A stretch of DNA of 63,942 nt, the filler included, from Octopus bimaculoides (lineage: Eukaryota): NCBI RefSeq assembly GCF_001194135.2. It is 5 parts of 5 records of this genome, joined end to end, with 100 filler letters (N's around TTAATTAATTAA, not from the genome) between each part and the next. Parts side by side here need not be neighbours in the genome. Positions count along the whole stretch, not along the records: positions 31,732 to 58,733 come from NC_068981.1; 4 more parts are not named here. One strand, given 5' to 3'. Below the pieces are notes generated by a model. The model searched no databases. It was given only the letters and a program-made list of their open reading frames with translations, and had not been told where the DNA came from. How positions within the stretch are numbered: the stretch's first letter is position 1; each line of letters opens with the position of its first letter. Positions 39,781-52,899 of the stretch are shown here, piece after piece. A program made the translations under genes and the position numbers.

Positions 39781-40519
39781 TATGAAATGGTGCATTATAC
39801 CAGATAATGTTCTTTGATTTAGTCTTTCTATTAATTATATATATGTGTGGGGAAAAATGTCTTATAGCACTGTGGCTGCTAGTGTGATGTTTATATTCAG
39901 ATCATTGTGTATTCTGGCATGCTGAATCAATGCTTTATTTTGTATCTTGTTTCATTAGTGAGTTGTGGTAAGTACCAACATTTTCTGCAGTTTCAGCATC
40001 ACTGTTGTATCTCTAGTACTTAAGGTTACCAAAGTTCAACCTGTTAGGGTATCAATGTTCAATCTTATTGCATACAAGTGACAGGCAGTCAATGAGTGTA
40101 AAGAAGGATGCTTTAATGAAGATTGTGAATTGACTCCACATCTACATTTGATTGTATAATTTCTTATTGAATAGTAGAGATAATTATTCCAGTACATGAA
40201 CCTGAAGTAAAGATTGGATGAAAGATTTTTTAATTGCTGTATTTACAGAAGTAATATACATGTAACAGTTAATAATCACTGGAAGATATGGACATAAATA
40301 TGACAATTTGATTGATAAGGTCATAGGTATGAACAGTTATGTTATGTCAAATTAACTAGTCAACAGAAGTCTCTAGATCTATTTCTGGACTTCTAAACTT
40401 CAGTAAATGAGTCTTCTCAACCTGTTCACATCTAATATATAAAATTACAGATTAACCTGCTATTAAAGCTTCATTACAATCATTACAAAAACACACCTAA
40501 TATTAGTATTTTGTTTCAG

Positions 40520-40657
40520 GTTTGTGTTCACCTTGTAAAACTCTTTGATAGTCTTGCTAAATTAGAATTTGAACCAAACACCAAATGGGCAAAAACTATG
40601 TTTAGCAAAGATGGAGAAAAGATAGAACTTAGTAAATTGTGTGACTGCTCTGGACAG
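40520..40657 (+). CDS. DNAH9: Dynein heavy chain internal exon B
   Basis: Acceptor tgtttcag|GTT and donor CAG|gtaaga; 138 nt, phase 0-0. Encodes VCVHLVKLFDSLAKLEF...MFSKDGE...CDCSGQ and continues exon A in frame. Confidence 0.93.
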
Positions 40658-42823
40658 GTAAGAATTTCTTATATTGGAGTTCTAGAATTATTTGGAAGTT
40701 CATAACTTAATTTCAAATCTGTATTATGGAAATAAAAACAAAAATTTGTATTTTAAATTATTATTAAATTACTGTAAAACTTTTGTCTTGTCAGAGGCAA
40801 ATTAACTGGACTGAACCTAGTTTTTCTTGGTTTGGAAACTATAGGACACCACTTAAGTAGAGTGAAATGATTCAAATAGGAACCAAACCTTTATTACAAA
40901 CCCTCCAGAGATCAACTGTCTTTCTGGATAACAGGTGTTAAACTTATGTATAAAAATATAGATAGGCAGTATGTATTTTTCCAGTTCTTATTGCAATATC
41001 TTTGTCTGAAATAGGTAAAGACATTGCCATTAATATAGTTTATCCTGGTATTTGTTGGGTGGGTTAGAGAATTTGTAATTTCAGGCCTTTTCTGTGTGTC
41101 CTATGGTGTTGTTAGATTATCTAAGATCTTGCAAATTAAACTTTCCAAGTGAAACTGGAAATTTTCTATCCTAGTACAGGAGACAAGGCTTGTTTGATAT
41201 ACATTGTAGGAGTTGGTTTGGCTTTCAATGACAATATTCCAGTTCATTCACTCTTCTCTTTATTTTATAAAGTGAAGAAATTAAACAGTTTAAAAGAATA
41301 GAATTTGAACTGTCCAAGGGTTTCCTTTGTAATAGTTCACTGATTCTCTAATGTTTTATGAGGGAACCTGAGTTGGGAACAACATGAGTATTAAATGAAA
41401 TCAGTCTCATCCATAGTTAAAGTGACAATAAATTTTCTCTTGCTTCAAATATTATTGGAATCTGTATTATGCAGCTATATGAAAGTTGTTGCTAGTTTGG
41501 TTATATGTACCTGAAATAATGGCACTCTTTGCAAATTCTATGGGAGGAGACACGTGAGATGGAGAGTTGCTTGAGAGATCACAAGATGTGTGACAAGAGA
41601 TTTCAGACAAATAACACCAGTAAGGGTGCCACTATATAGCTGCCAAATCTCCTTCAAACAACATTGGATAATGTAATGTAGAGTAATGTAGATTGAATAT
41701 TAATGCTGCAAACATGGTAGTTAGTCATGTTGAAGAATACTGCTTAAAATGGTTATCAAAAGCAAGGAAACTGCAATAATGATTTAGTATATGGGAAAAA
41801 GAGAGTTTCATGCATGTTGGCTAGCCAGCTGAAGGATAAGTATATTTTCTCACTTGTGTTTCACTGTGTTCCTGATCATTATTTTCTAGCTGCAAATAGG
41901 CATGTGGAAAAAGTGCTCTTTTCCAACATGAAGTGAAAAAGCATTTTGATATGAGCTGTTTGTTGTTAATCCTATCCAAATTAATAATACCATGAGTACT
42001 AGGATATATTTCAGCACACAGCACAGGATGCTTTTCAAATCTGACAACAAGAACCTAATTAGATTAGGTTCTATTAGCAGCCTTTTTAACACATAATCTT
42101 AGCTAATTGAAATGGCTGTGTTGTTAAAAAGTTTGCTTCACAATTATATGGTTTCAGATTCAGTTCTACTGCACCTCGCCTTGGGCAAGTGTCTTCTGAT
42201 GTCACCCTGTGCCGACCAATGCTCCGTAAGTGAATTTGGTCAATACAAAATGTGTTGGGCCAGTCATATATGTGCATTGTACAAATATGTGTATATGTTC
42301 ATATTTTGCTTGCCAATATTTAAGGGAATGTGCTGATGTTGACACTCCTTGTTGATATTATGATTAGTCACTCTACACTTTTGAAAACCTATAGGATATA
42401 AAAATCCTTTACCTGAAATACTAGTGATGATTGTTGACAGTAAGAATATCCAGCTCTAAAATCCTGCCTCAAATTAATTCTTGTCCAAGTTATGTTAGCA
42501 TGGAAAATTAAGCTTAAAACAAACACAAGCTTACTTAGAAGAAACTAATGGGTGTTATTGCAGGAATGCTGCATAAGCAAATTCAGAGGTTTGATTTTCA
42601 GCAATGCAGCCATGATGATTATAACTGTCATCATCCAAACTTTATTTTGGTTAAACTTTCTTTGATATTCTTCAAGAAGGTATGGGTGGCAGAGGACCCC
42701 CCCCCCCCCCCAAAAAAAAATGGTATGGTAAGATTCAAGTTGTTGGGCTTCAGAGACAGAATCAGTAACCTTTAAAATAATGTGGTCACAAAGTGTTCTA
42801 CAAACAAAGCTTTAATTTTCTAG

Positions 42824-43057
42824 GTTGAAATCTGGCTGAATAATGTGTTAGATCACATGAGAAATACAGTACGATTTCAGATGACTATTGCTGTGGCTGA
42901 ATATGAAGAGAAACCTCGAGAGAGTTGGATTTTTGACTTCCCAGCTCAAGTTGCTTTGTGTGGAACGCAGATCTGGTGGACCAGTGATGTTAACATGGCA
43001 TTTGTTCGACTTGAAGAAGGTTATGAAAATGCTATGAAAGACTATTTTAAGAAGCAG
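42824..43057 (+). CDS. DNAH9: Dynein heavy chain internal exon C
   Basis: Acceptor ttttctag|GTT and donor CAG|gtaaat; 234 nt, phase 0-0. Encodes [12 protein letters not shown]...[27 protein letters not shown]...[17 protein letters not shown]. Confidence 0.96.
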
Positions 43058-43885
43058 GTAAATGTTCATGTGAAGGAAATTAGTATTGAAAGAAAGAAAA
43101 AGATAATTCATGTTGTGTAATTGTTTTGCTTTTTTTATAATTAAATTATAATTGATATGGTTCATGTTGTTTTCCCATATCCAAGCATGAAATAATTACT
43201 TAGTGCTAGAGTAATGGACAACTGAACATATAATTCTGCTTTCAAATTCTTATTAAACATTTGGCTTCACTGATTGTTACTAAAGGCACACACATGCACG
43301 CACGCATGCTTCTAAGCTTATTTTTCTATGTGACATTGAAAAACTGGTCTTATATGTCCCAAAATTGATATTTTGATTTTAGTTTTATTTGTAAAATTAC
43401 ATCTTTCAACAGCTATAAGCATTCTTTTCTGGCTTTAAAATTATTGCATATATATATTTAGATGTTTTTTAAATCAAACCATTTTTTCCTATATTTTTCA
43501 TCATTCTCTCAAACACTTGGAATTACTATATGGAAGCAGGGTAAAATTGGTAACTTGATCAAAATGAATAATTTCCTTTTTCTTATTTTCTCCCTACTTG
43601 TTTGAAACCATTACATTACAATTATTGCATCCCCATTTTGTACCAATGCATCATCTTTGGGAATTAAAATTGGTCAGTATACTTAACGTAGTTGTTGAAA
43701 TTGAGTGTTTGAAACAGGTGACAGGTACTTTTTTTTTTATAGAAATTTTTCCTCAAATTTGACCCAATTGTAATTGTGATAGCTAATAAAATATCTGGAT
43801 AATCTTTGGTATTTAATCATCAATATTCTTTTCTCTGTTGGATTCTATATCAACCTTTTACAAAACTAATATCTAATATGATAAA

Positions 43886-46209
43886 CACCGGTCAACAACA
43901 AAAAAAAAAAATTTTATCTTCTGCTTGGGTATATTTTAGGTGAAATATATCATACTGAGCTTGCTGATTCTGAAAAATCACAGCCATTTTTACCCATCAC
44001 GTCTACTTTACTTGCTTTTGACATTGGCATTTTTAGCTATTTTTGTAAAAATCGACTAGTTTTTACTATTTTATGACTATTGTTTGGATAATGTTGATAT
44101 TGTAAATCACGACAAAGTGTATTTCAAATGGTCTCTAACATTATTCAAGATCATTAGATAGATAGATGAAAAGATACATAAAGGATTCAGGATCTGTCCC
44201 AGGTCAGAGTGCCCTCATCATCAGGTAATACGGGCCAGGGTAGGACTACCTTTGCAATTTCCCTATAGATCAAGATTTAGGACATGTTTAATGTTCATAA
44301 AAGAAACACAAATATAAGACATTATTTAAGAAAAAAATAGAAAACCCAATGTAAGAAAATCACATTTGTCAGCAAATACCGCTTCAGTAAAGAACTTCAA
44401 ATCATCATAAGTCATTCCAGCAAGGAACTTGACAGCTATGGAATAAATTTCTGTTTTTGAGATTGGCATGAATGACTGGTCTCTGGGCTGTCCATTTTAA
44501 TGTTCCAACAGTAGTCCGCCATCATTCTGATATCCCAACGTCCTTGATATCTTTCTTCCATCACTCTGATGTCCTGATGGAAACACTCTCTTTGTTCATC
44601 ACTTACATCACCACAGTTTTCAAGAAGCCTGTCCAGATGATTGTGAAGGAAGTGTACTTTAATACTCATGTTAGCTCCAAGAGCATGATAGCATGTCAGC
44701 ATATGTTCAACAAGTCTGCTGACTTCTTACTCCCACAAAAGTTTTTAACAACAGCTACAAATGCATTCCATGCGTTTGACTCTAGGACAGTCGTACTGCT
44801 TGCAAAGTTCTCATCCTGAATAAGTTTTCATATATCAGGACTATCAAAAACACCTGTTTTCAGCTTCTCAATGCTGAGACCAGGAAATACTTCACAAATA
44901 TACTTAAAGCAATGACCTTCCTTATCTAGAGCTTTCACAAATTGTTTCATTAAACCAAGTTTTATGTGAAGAGGAGGGAAAACTATTTTCTCTTTTGACA
45001 CAAGTGGAGGATTTACGACAGTTTTCTCTCCAACTTCTAATTCTTCCCAAACAGGCCAAACCTTTTTCACCCAGTGCTGTTCTTTGGCACAGCTGTCCCA
45101 TAAGCATAAAAAAACATGGGTATTTTGTGTAACCAGACTGTTGTCCAAGTAAAAAGTTTACCATTTTTAAATTGATGCAAACGATCCAGTTATGCCTGAA
45201 GTAGTTAACACTTTCCATCACTTGTTTTATCAGCTGGTACTTTTCTTTCCGTATAGCAGAGTGTCCAATCAGTATGGAAGCAAGTGTTGTGTAGAAGTAC
45301 GCACTTCAAGCTGCACTTTGAACTATCGATAAATAACCACCATGAACAAGGATCATATTCATCAATGCCCCATCTAAGAAGTAACTGTTCAATTTCTTTA
45401 CAAAACACAAGATCGTCATTTTGTTCAAAGAATGGGGTGAACTCAGCATCTCAGTTACAGTAGAAAGTGACATTTGTTTTAGCTGCTAACAAATTTTTCT
45501 TGCGAAGGTGTGATGCTAACAACTCTGCTGACTCTTTTGATAAATTCAGGTCTCAGTTCATCTTGATTGAACAGTTTTGGTTCATTTGCTGATTCGAAAC
45601 AGTCAAAATCACTGTCAGCTTGACTGGCATTATCAAAATCAGGGTTAGAATCACTTTCAGTCATCTCCTCATACTCAGGTTCTTGTGCAAGTCATGCGAC
45701 TACAGTGGGAACAGGAATATCAACAAATCCCTTGAAAACTGGAACTAAAAAATCTTCAGAATGTCGTACAAGCTGAATAGCAGAGGGAATGGAGGAGTAG
45801 GATATTTTCTTTCTGTTCTGTTGAATCCAACCAAATTAACCATGCAAAAGTAGCAATCATCGTGATGATTCTCTGGTTCACGCCATATCATCGGAATCCC
45901 AAATTTAATGGAGGTTTGAGTACCTTTTGTCCACAGGCGTATACTCTCCTTGCGTGACAGTAATGTTTATAGTGTTTGTTTCAATGCCAATTTGCATTGT
46001 TATAGCTTGAAGAACTAAAAATAGTATTTAGAAATATCAGGACACAGTTGCATTTTTGGTCAACAATTGTGATTTAAAAAAAAAAATGTTTTATACAGCC
46101 CAAACCTGACATGATGGGAGAAAATGGAGGTCATTTTTGGATTCAGCACCCCAAAATTAGCAAAGAAAGAAGGTTTCTTGCCCCAGCAGAAAAATTGTGT
46201 TGATCAGTG
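43886..46209 (-). mobile_element. Chapaev3-like (CMC) DNA transposon, full length, defective transposase (about 44436-45990)
   Basis: Termini CACCGGTCAACA and TGTTGATCAGTG, right flank TAA, left flank AAA. Motifs WREPENHHDDCYFC, LFIDSSKCSLKCVLLHN, PPLHIKLGLMKQFVKAL, SDEQ..FHQDI..MEERYQGRW..MMADYCW. Superfamily assigned from recalled motifs. Confidence 0.8.
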
Positions 46210-47379
46210 TAATCATCAGGTTTAAAAAAAAAAAATGTCTAAATTGACTAATTTTAATAATTACTTCTCTTTAACTGCATGGTGCATAATAAATATATAT
46301 ATGGAAGAAAGTTACCCTAGCAGAGAATATTTTATGTTGAGTTTCGTTAATTTCATAATGTGCTATTTTTCCATGATCCGCTTTCATTTGACCAAGATAT
46401 TTAAAATTTTTGTTGCATTTATGATCTTTCTGATGTCTTGTGTGTGAGTCTTTTTTCAAATGTAATTCTGGAAAACTGGAGAGGCAAATTTACCTTATCT
46501 TGTCTTACACATTTTGCTCCACCTAAATTTGTCTTATATGCTCAAAGAGAACAGTGATAACGTTCAAAGATCATGCTTTACCACCTTGTCCCCTGTTTTC
46601 CTATGTCAGGATTTCCAGGATTTCCAGGATTTCATGCATTGCAAAACAATGAAGGGAAGTCATTTTAAAGGAAGAATTTTTTAAATCCATGTTGGTGTCT
46701 TCCCCCACCACCACCACCACCACCACACACACACACACACACACACTCATCATTCCCATGGAACAGTAACAACCACAAATTTTCTATCATTTTATTTTAT
46801 TCTACATTCTGAAACATTTGTAACTTGCATTAAAAGAAAAATAATTTTACCACCTCTTCATTGTACTTTNNNNNNNNNNNNNNNNNNNNNNNNNNNNNNN
46901 NNNNNNNNNNNNNNNNNNNNNNNNNNNNNNNNNNNNNNNNNNNNNNNNNNNNNNNNNNNNNNNNNNNNNNNNNNNNNNNNNNNNNNNNNNNNNNNNNNNN
47001 NNNNNNNNNNNNNNNNNNNNNNNNNNNNNNNNNNNNNNNNNNNNNNNNNNNNNNNNNNNNNNNNNNNNNNNNNNNNNNNNNNNNNNNNNNNNNNNNNNNN
47101 NNNNNNNNNNNNNNNNNNNNNNNNNNNNNNNNNNNNNNNNNNNNNNNNNNNNNNNNNNNNNNNNNNNNNNNNNNNNAGATTTGTTCTGAGTGGTAATTTT
47201 CTAAGATTTTAATTCTTGTGTATAAGGGGTCCATCGAACTTGAAGTGCTCTGTGCCCCTGATGGTTTAAATCCAGTCCTGCTGGCAACAATTACATGACA
47301 TTGACAAAAGTAATTCTGCTGAATATTAATTTCATATTCCTAATATTTGAATATGTACAAAATATTAAATTGGAACTCA

Positions 47380-48498
47380 ATGATGTAATAGTCTATCTGG
47401 TAGACTTGCAAGGCCGCTCTTCCAAAATTCACTTGTCTGTGATGAAAAATACTCCTCCAGTACTGTTTTGACCTCGTCTACAAAATCCATGTTTTTTCTG
47501 CCCAAATGATTTTGAAGATTGTGGAATAAATGATAATCAGATTGGGAAATGTCCGGTGAACATGGTGGGTGGGGCATCATTTCCCATTCAAACTGCTCCC
47601 ACCTTTGGAACATCATACTCGCTGTATGTGACCAAGCATTATCCTGATAGAAGAACACCTCTTGTGTTGAAACCAAAGATGGTCATTTTCCTTCTAGCTT
47701 TGGCTTAAGCTGCTCACAGTAGATCTCCTTTGTTATCATTTGGTTTGGGTTTAAAAGTTAAAAATGAACTGAACCTTTCATATCCCACCAAACAGATAAC
47801 ACCTTTCTTGGGTGAAGATCTTCTTTAGCCTGGGGTGCCGTTGTTTCTCCTTTCCCTACCCACTGTCTTCAGTGCTTGACATTTTTATAGAGAAACCATT
47901 TCTTGTTACTAGTCACTATTCGGTCCAAAAAAGGTTCATTCATGAGACATGACAGCAAAGAAAAGCACATATTGACTTCCTGCATGCAATTAGACTTGAA
48001 AAGTTTGTGAGGAACTATTGGCCCAAATTCCTGACTTTTCTGATGGTATGCAGGTGTCGATGAATGGTTGAATGACCAAATCCAAGCTTCTCTGCTAGTT
48101 CTTCAACTGTTATGATGAGATTTTGTTCCACCAGGGTTTGCAGGATCGTCTTTTAGGCTGTAGTTTTCAGCTTGGAATTTCTGGAACCACTGTTGACACT
48201 TATTGTCTGATCCCCATATACTGCATTAATATTCCTTGAACTTTCCGTTGCATTGTTGCCTTTATTGAACTCATAAAGCAAAATATGCCAAATATTCTCC
48301 TTTATCACTTCCATTATAGCTTTGAAAAAGTAACCGTTAAAATCAAATTGCACTCTTCAAAAGTTGCACTAAGAATAAAGTCAAGGTAAAATTACTACCT
48401 GCTTTTATAGCAAGTTGATGTAGGTAGTTTATCCTGACCCCCTTCGACTTAGTTCATTCAATTCAAAAAGACCACATTATTTATGGGTTCACCCAATA
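47380..48498 (-). mobile_element. Mariner transposase pseudogene (different subfamily)
   Basis: MEVIKENIWHILLYEFNKG...IVTSNKKW.LY...LHPRKVLSVWWD...YQDNAWSH...HPPCSPDISQSDYHLF. One TIR-like end at about 48475-48498; the other was not found. Confidence 0.9.
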
Positions 48499-48826
48499 TT
48501 ACATTAAATAACATTGATTCCTTCCATTGTCCAAGTTTTATATGACAGAATTCAGTTCATTTTGGTACCCTTACTGGTACTCATTTTATTGATTGCAGAG
48601 GGCTGAAAGTAAAACTCAAAGAAGAGGAAGATTTGAACTTGGAAAGTTGAGACATGCAACTAAATATAACAAGGCATTATCCTGACATGGCACATTTCAC
48701 ATTTGTCCTTCCTAACTTCAGCAATAGAAAAGCATTTACTGCTTATTCTCACATTTCAGAAATATCTACATTATTTTATAGTATTTTCTAATCCAATGGT
48801 TGTTATTCAATTACTATAAAACTATT

Positions 48827-50280
48827 TCATCATCATCATTATCATCATCATTTAACGTCTATTGTCCATGCTGGCATGGGTTGAACGGTTTGACCAGGGC
48901 TGGTAAGCTGAGGGACTGCACCAGACTCTCGTCTGATTTGGCACATTTTCTACAGCTGGATCCCTTTTCTAATGCCACCTACTCCAAGACTGTAATGGGT
49001 GCTTTTACATGACATTGTCATGGGTGCCAGTTGTGTGACACTAGTATCTACCATGACTACAATTTCATTTAGCGTGATGGGTCTTCTTCTCAAGCATGAC
49101 ATATTGTCAAAGGTCTTGGTCATGTGTCATTGCCTCCATGAGGCCTGACATTTGAAAGGTGCTTTTTAGGTGCCACCAGCATGGGTGCTAGTTACACAAC
49201 ACCAGCATTGGCCACATTACCCCATGAGGCCCAATGCTTGACAGGTGCTTTTTATGTGCCATCCACACAGGTGCCAGTTACATGAGACTGGTATTGGCCA
49301 CGACTATGATTTCACTTGGCTTGACAAGACTTCTCAAGCATGGCATATCACCAAAGGTTTCGGTCACTAGTTATTACCTCCGTGAGTCCCAACGTTCAAA
49401 GATCATGCTTTACCACCTTGTCCCCTGTTTTCCTATGTTTACTTCTTCCACAGGTTCCCTTCACAGTTAAAGATCAGCACTTCTTTACACAGCTGTCCTT
49501 GTTCATAGACATCACATGACCATACCAGCACAGTCGTCTCTTTTGCACATCTGATGCCTCTTATGCCCAACTCTCAAGACACTTACTCTCTGTCCTCGGT
49601 GGTCAGAGCTCATGTTTCACTGCCATGTAGCCTTTCCTACAGATTGAGTAGGGTCATCTACCTGAATGGATTTGTGATTTGTCTGCTTTCCTACTTACTA
49701 AAAGTTTATTTGTTGTTAGGTTAACTTTGAAGCCCTTCAATTCCAGACCTTGTTTCCACACCTGAAATTTCTTTTATAGTTCTGATAGTGATTCAGTTAT
49801 AAGAAAAAAGTCATCAGCAATAGAGGAGCTCCCAGAGGTAGCACTTCTTAAATTCCTCTGTTATAGCCTGGAGGACTATGATGTACAAGAGGGGTCTGAG
49901 GACTGATCTCTGGTGAACCCCTACTTGTACCCTGAATTCATTACTATACTCGTTGCCAACACTACCGTCCCTGTACATGGCTTGTACAGCTCTCCCCAAC
50001 CACTTATTTATCTCTAGTTTCTGCATTGACCACCAGATAAGGGATCATGGGACCCTGTCAAAGGCTTTATTCGTGTCAACAAAAGCCAAGTACAGAGGTT
50101 TGTTTTTGGCTAGGTACTTCTGAAGTGGCATTACCAGAAATGTAGCATCAGTGGTACTTCTCCCTGACACAAAACCAAACTGCATCTCATCTAGACTAAC
50201 CCTGTCCCTAATTAGCTGGGCTATGACCCTCTCCATGTCTTTCATCACCTGATCCAACAATTTGATACCCATGTAATCAT
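48827..50280 (-). mobile_element. RTE-clade LINE, 5'-truncated
   Basis: GIKLLDQVMK..MQFGFVSGRSTTDA..LAFVDTNKAFDRVP, VGVHQRSVLRPLLY and RWYGHVM; 3' UTR ends ...GGACAATAGACGTTAAA followed by (TGA)n. Confidence 0.9.
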
Positions 50281-50661
50281 TTCTATCTAAGTCACATTCA
50301 TATACTGCTGTATTGGTATATGATTTTGCTGAGATTTTCTCTATACAGATATCTATATGAAGAAGCTTAATTTAAATAGGCTTAGAATGTTTATTATAAT
50401 TGTTGTTACTTTTATTCTTATTAAATTGGGGTAAGAGCTAAGTTATATTTTTAAGCCATAGAACTATAGTTGATTTTTAGTGGGTGGGGAAAAAGAAATT
50501 GTGATATTGTTGACTTACCTATATGTATTTTAAAGGAAATGGTTTCAGCTAGAAATTATAATAGGAAAATGACAATATATCAACAGAGGGCTCATACATT
50601 TGTTGATTGGCAGTAGAAGTAATGTTAATAACGATAGCATCGGTGTTATATCACCTTGTAT

Positions 50662-50877
50662 AAGATGACGAGCTGGCAGAAATGTTAGCATGTTGGCTGA
50701 AATGCTTAGTGGTATTTTGTCTGTCTGTACATTCTGAGTTCAAATTCCACTGAGGTCGACTTCACCTTTCATCCTTTCAGGGTTGATAAATTAAGTACCA
50801 GCTGCGTACTGGATTCGAACTAATCGACTGGCACCCTCCCCCATAATTTCAGGCCTTGTGCCTAGAGTAGAAAGATT
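50662..50877 (+). mobile_element. SINE family 1 copy
   Basis: Same head and body as 16397-16632 with CpG decay. Further copies at about 1770-2140, 7386-7530(-), 21374-21666, 25460-25800, 26060-26310(-), 52520-52740(-), 59221-59400, 59560-59950(-), 63357-63595. Confidence 0.8.
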
Positions 50878-51219
50878 ATATCACTTTGTATTCACATATG
50901 CATTCACAGCAGTAGCAACAGTTTCCCTGACATAAGCCTGTTTCTTTTAAGAATCTACACTGCTTTTATAAATCACTGAATGGATCATATCGATCACTAG
51001 TTTCTGTAGCAATAATTACATCATAAAGAAATATAAGTCTACTGCTTGACTGGAAGCTATCCATATTGCATGTCAACTGAAAGAATTTTCGGCCTGTAAT
51101 TTTGAACTTGACTTAATTTACTATTGTGTTCCTCAGCTTTTAATACCCTTAGGGGGACAATAGTCAAATTTCAAACCCCTTGATATCTCTTGTGTAAACA
51201 TCTTTTAAATTTTTTTCAG

Positions 51220-51512
51220 GTCAACCAACTTAATGCTTTGATCAATATGTTAGTTGGAGAACTAAGCAAAGGGGATCGTCAGAAAATAATGACTATATGC
51301 ACTATTGATGTACATGCACGTGATGTGGTTGCAAAACTAATTACTGCAAAAATAGACAGTTCACAGGCATTTACTTGGCTGTCACAACTACGACACCGCT
51401 GGGGTGAGAAAGAAAAAGACTGCTTTGCCAATATTTGTGATGCTCAGTTTCGGTATGGTCATGAATATTTAGGAAATACTCCTCGACTCGTTATAACTCC
51501 ACTGACTGATCG
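51220..51512 (+). CDS. DNAH9: Dynein heavy chain internal exon D (runs up to the start of AAA1)
   Basis: Acceptor ttttttcag|GTC and donor CG|gtaaga; 293 nt, phase 0-2. Encodes ...[20 protein letters not shown]...WLSQLRHRW...[23 protein letters not shown], diagnostic of dynein heavy chains. Confidence 0.97.
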
Positions 51513-51559
51513 GTAAGATATACATACATACATACATACATATGCACATACACACACAC

Positions 51560-51960
51560 ACATCATCATCATCATCATCATCGTCATCATCATCATCATC
51601 ATCATCATTGTTTAACATCCACTTTCCATGCTGGTATGTGTTGTATGGTTTAACATGGAGCTGGCCAGCTGGGATCTGTCCAGACTCTACTTGTCTGTTG
51701 TGGCATGGTTTCTACAGCTGGATGCCCTTCCTAAGACCAACCACTTAACAGAGTGTCCTGGGTACTTTTTATGTGCCACTGGCACAGGTGTGTTTACATA
51801 GCACTGGCATGAGTGCATTTATGCAGCACCAGCATGGGAACATTGATGCAGCACCAGCATGGGCACTTTTTATGTGGCACCAGCACCTGAAAGGACAAGC
51901 TGCTATGTATGGAAGACAACAATTTTACTTAGGTTGACATGATTTTACTTAGCTTGATGC
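51560..51960 (-). mobile_element. RTE-tail-type short retroposon
   Basis: Same 3' end as the RTE copies with a (TGA)n tail. Others at about 260-440, 20700-20935, 21690-21910, 22840-23030, 27535-27740, 36780-37000. Confidence 0.7.
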
Positions 51961-51996
<36 letters not shown>

Positions 51997-52899
51997 NNNN
52001 NNNNNNNNNNNNNNNNNNNNNNNNNNNNNNNNNNNNNNNNNNNNNNNNNNNNNNNNNNNNNNNNNNNNNNNNNNNNNNNNNNNNNNNNNNNNNNNNNNNN
52101 NNNNNNNNNNNNNNNNNNNNNNNNNNNNNNNNNNNNNNNNNNNNNNNNNNNNNNNNNNNNNNNNNNNNNNNNNNNNNNNNNNNNNNNNNNNNNNNNNNNN
52201 NNNNNNNNNNNNNNNNNNNNNNNNNNNNNNNNNNNNNNNNNNNNNNNNNNNNNTCCCCCTCTCCCTCTTTTACCTCTCTTTCCCTCTTTTCCCTCTCTCT
52301 CCCTCTTGTTCCCCCCTCTCTCTCTCACATACCTACACCAACACACACATACAAATTCACTATGAAATAATCTTGAATTAATAATGGTAAAGAATTTGTA
52401 TAATGCACATAAGAAATTCGCTTCTTAAATATGTTTTCCCACTAGATTTTCTTTTGGCATTTTTATGTTTGGTCTGGAAGTAGGAGCTATGCTATCTTCT
52501 TCCTCTAATCCCAAAGCCAGTTATATTGGTTTCAGATTTTGGTACAAGGCTAGCAATTTCAAGGAGGGAGTAAGTTGATTGCATCAGCACCAGTATTCAA
52601 CTGGTTATTATTTTGTCAGCACCAAAAGAATAAAAGCAAAGTCACCCTTGAAGAAATCAAAACTCAGAACGTAAAAACAGATGAAATGTTGCTAAGCATT
52701 ATGCTCATTGTGCTAACAATTCTGCCCACTTACTGCCTTATCCTAAAGCCAGTTTACACTTGCAGGAAAAACATGAGTAATAATATAAGGCTTGAAGATA
52801 AATGACTTCATTCCAGTTTGTTGAGTGGCTTAGGTTCGGATGCACTTTGGACTGTCTGTACATGTAGTAATAATCCTGTTCCAAAAGAGGAAACAATAT

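Noticed and set aside
44185-44235. Minus-strand CTGATGA inside the Chapaev 3' region
   Set aside because: No GAAA core or credible stem III follows.
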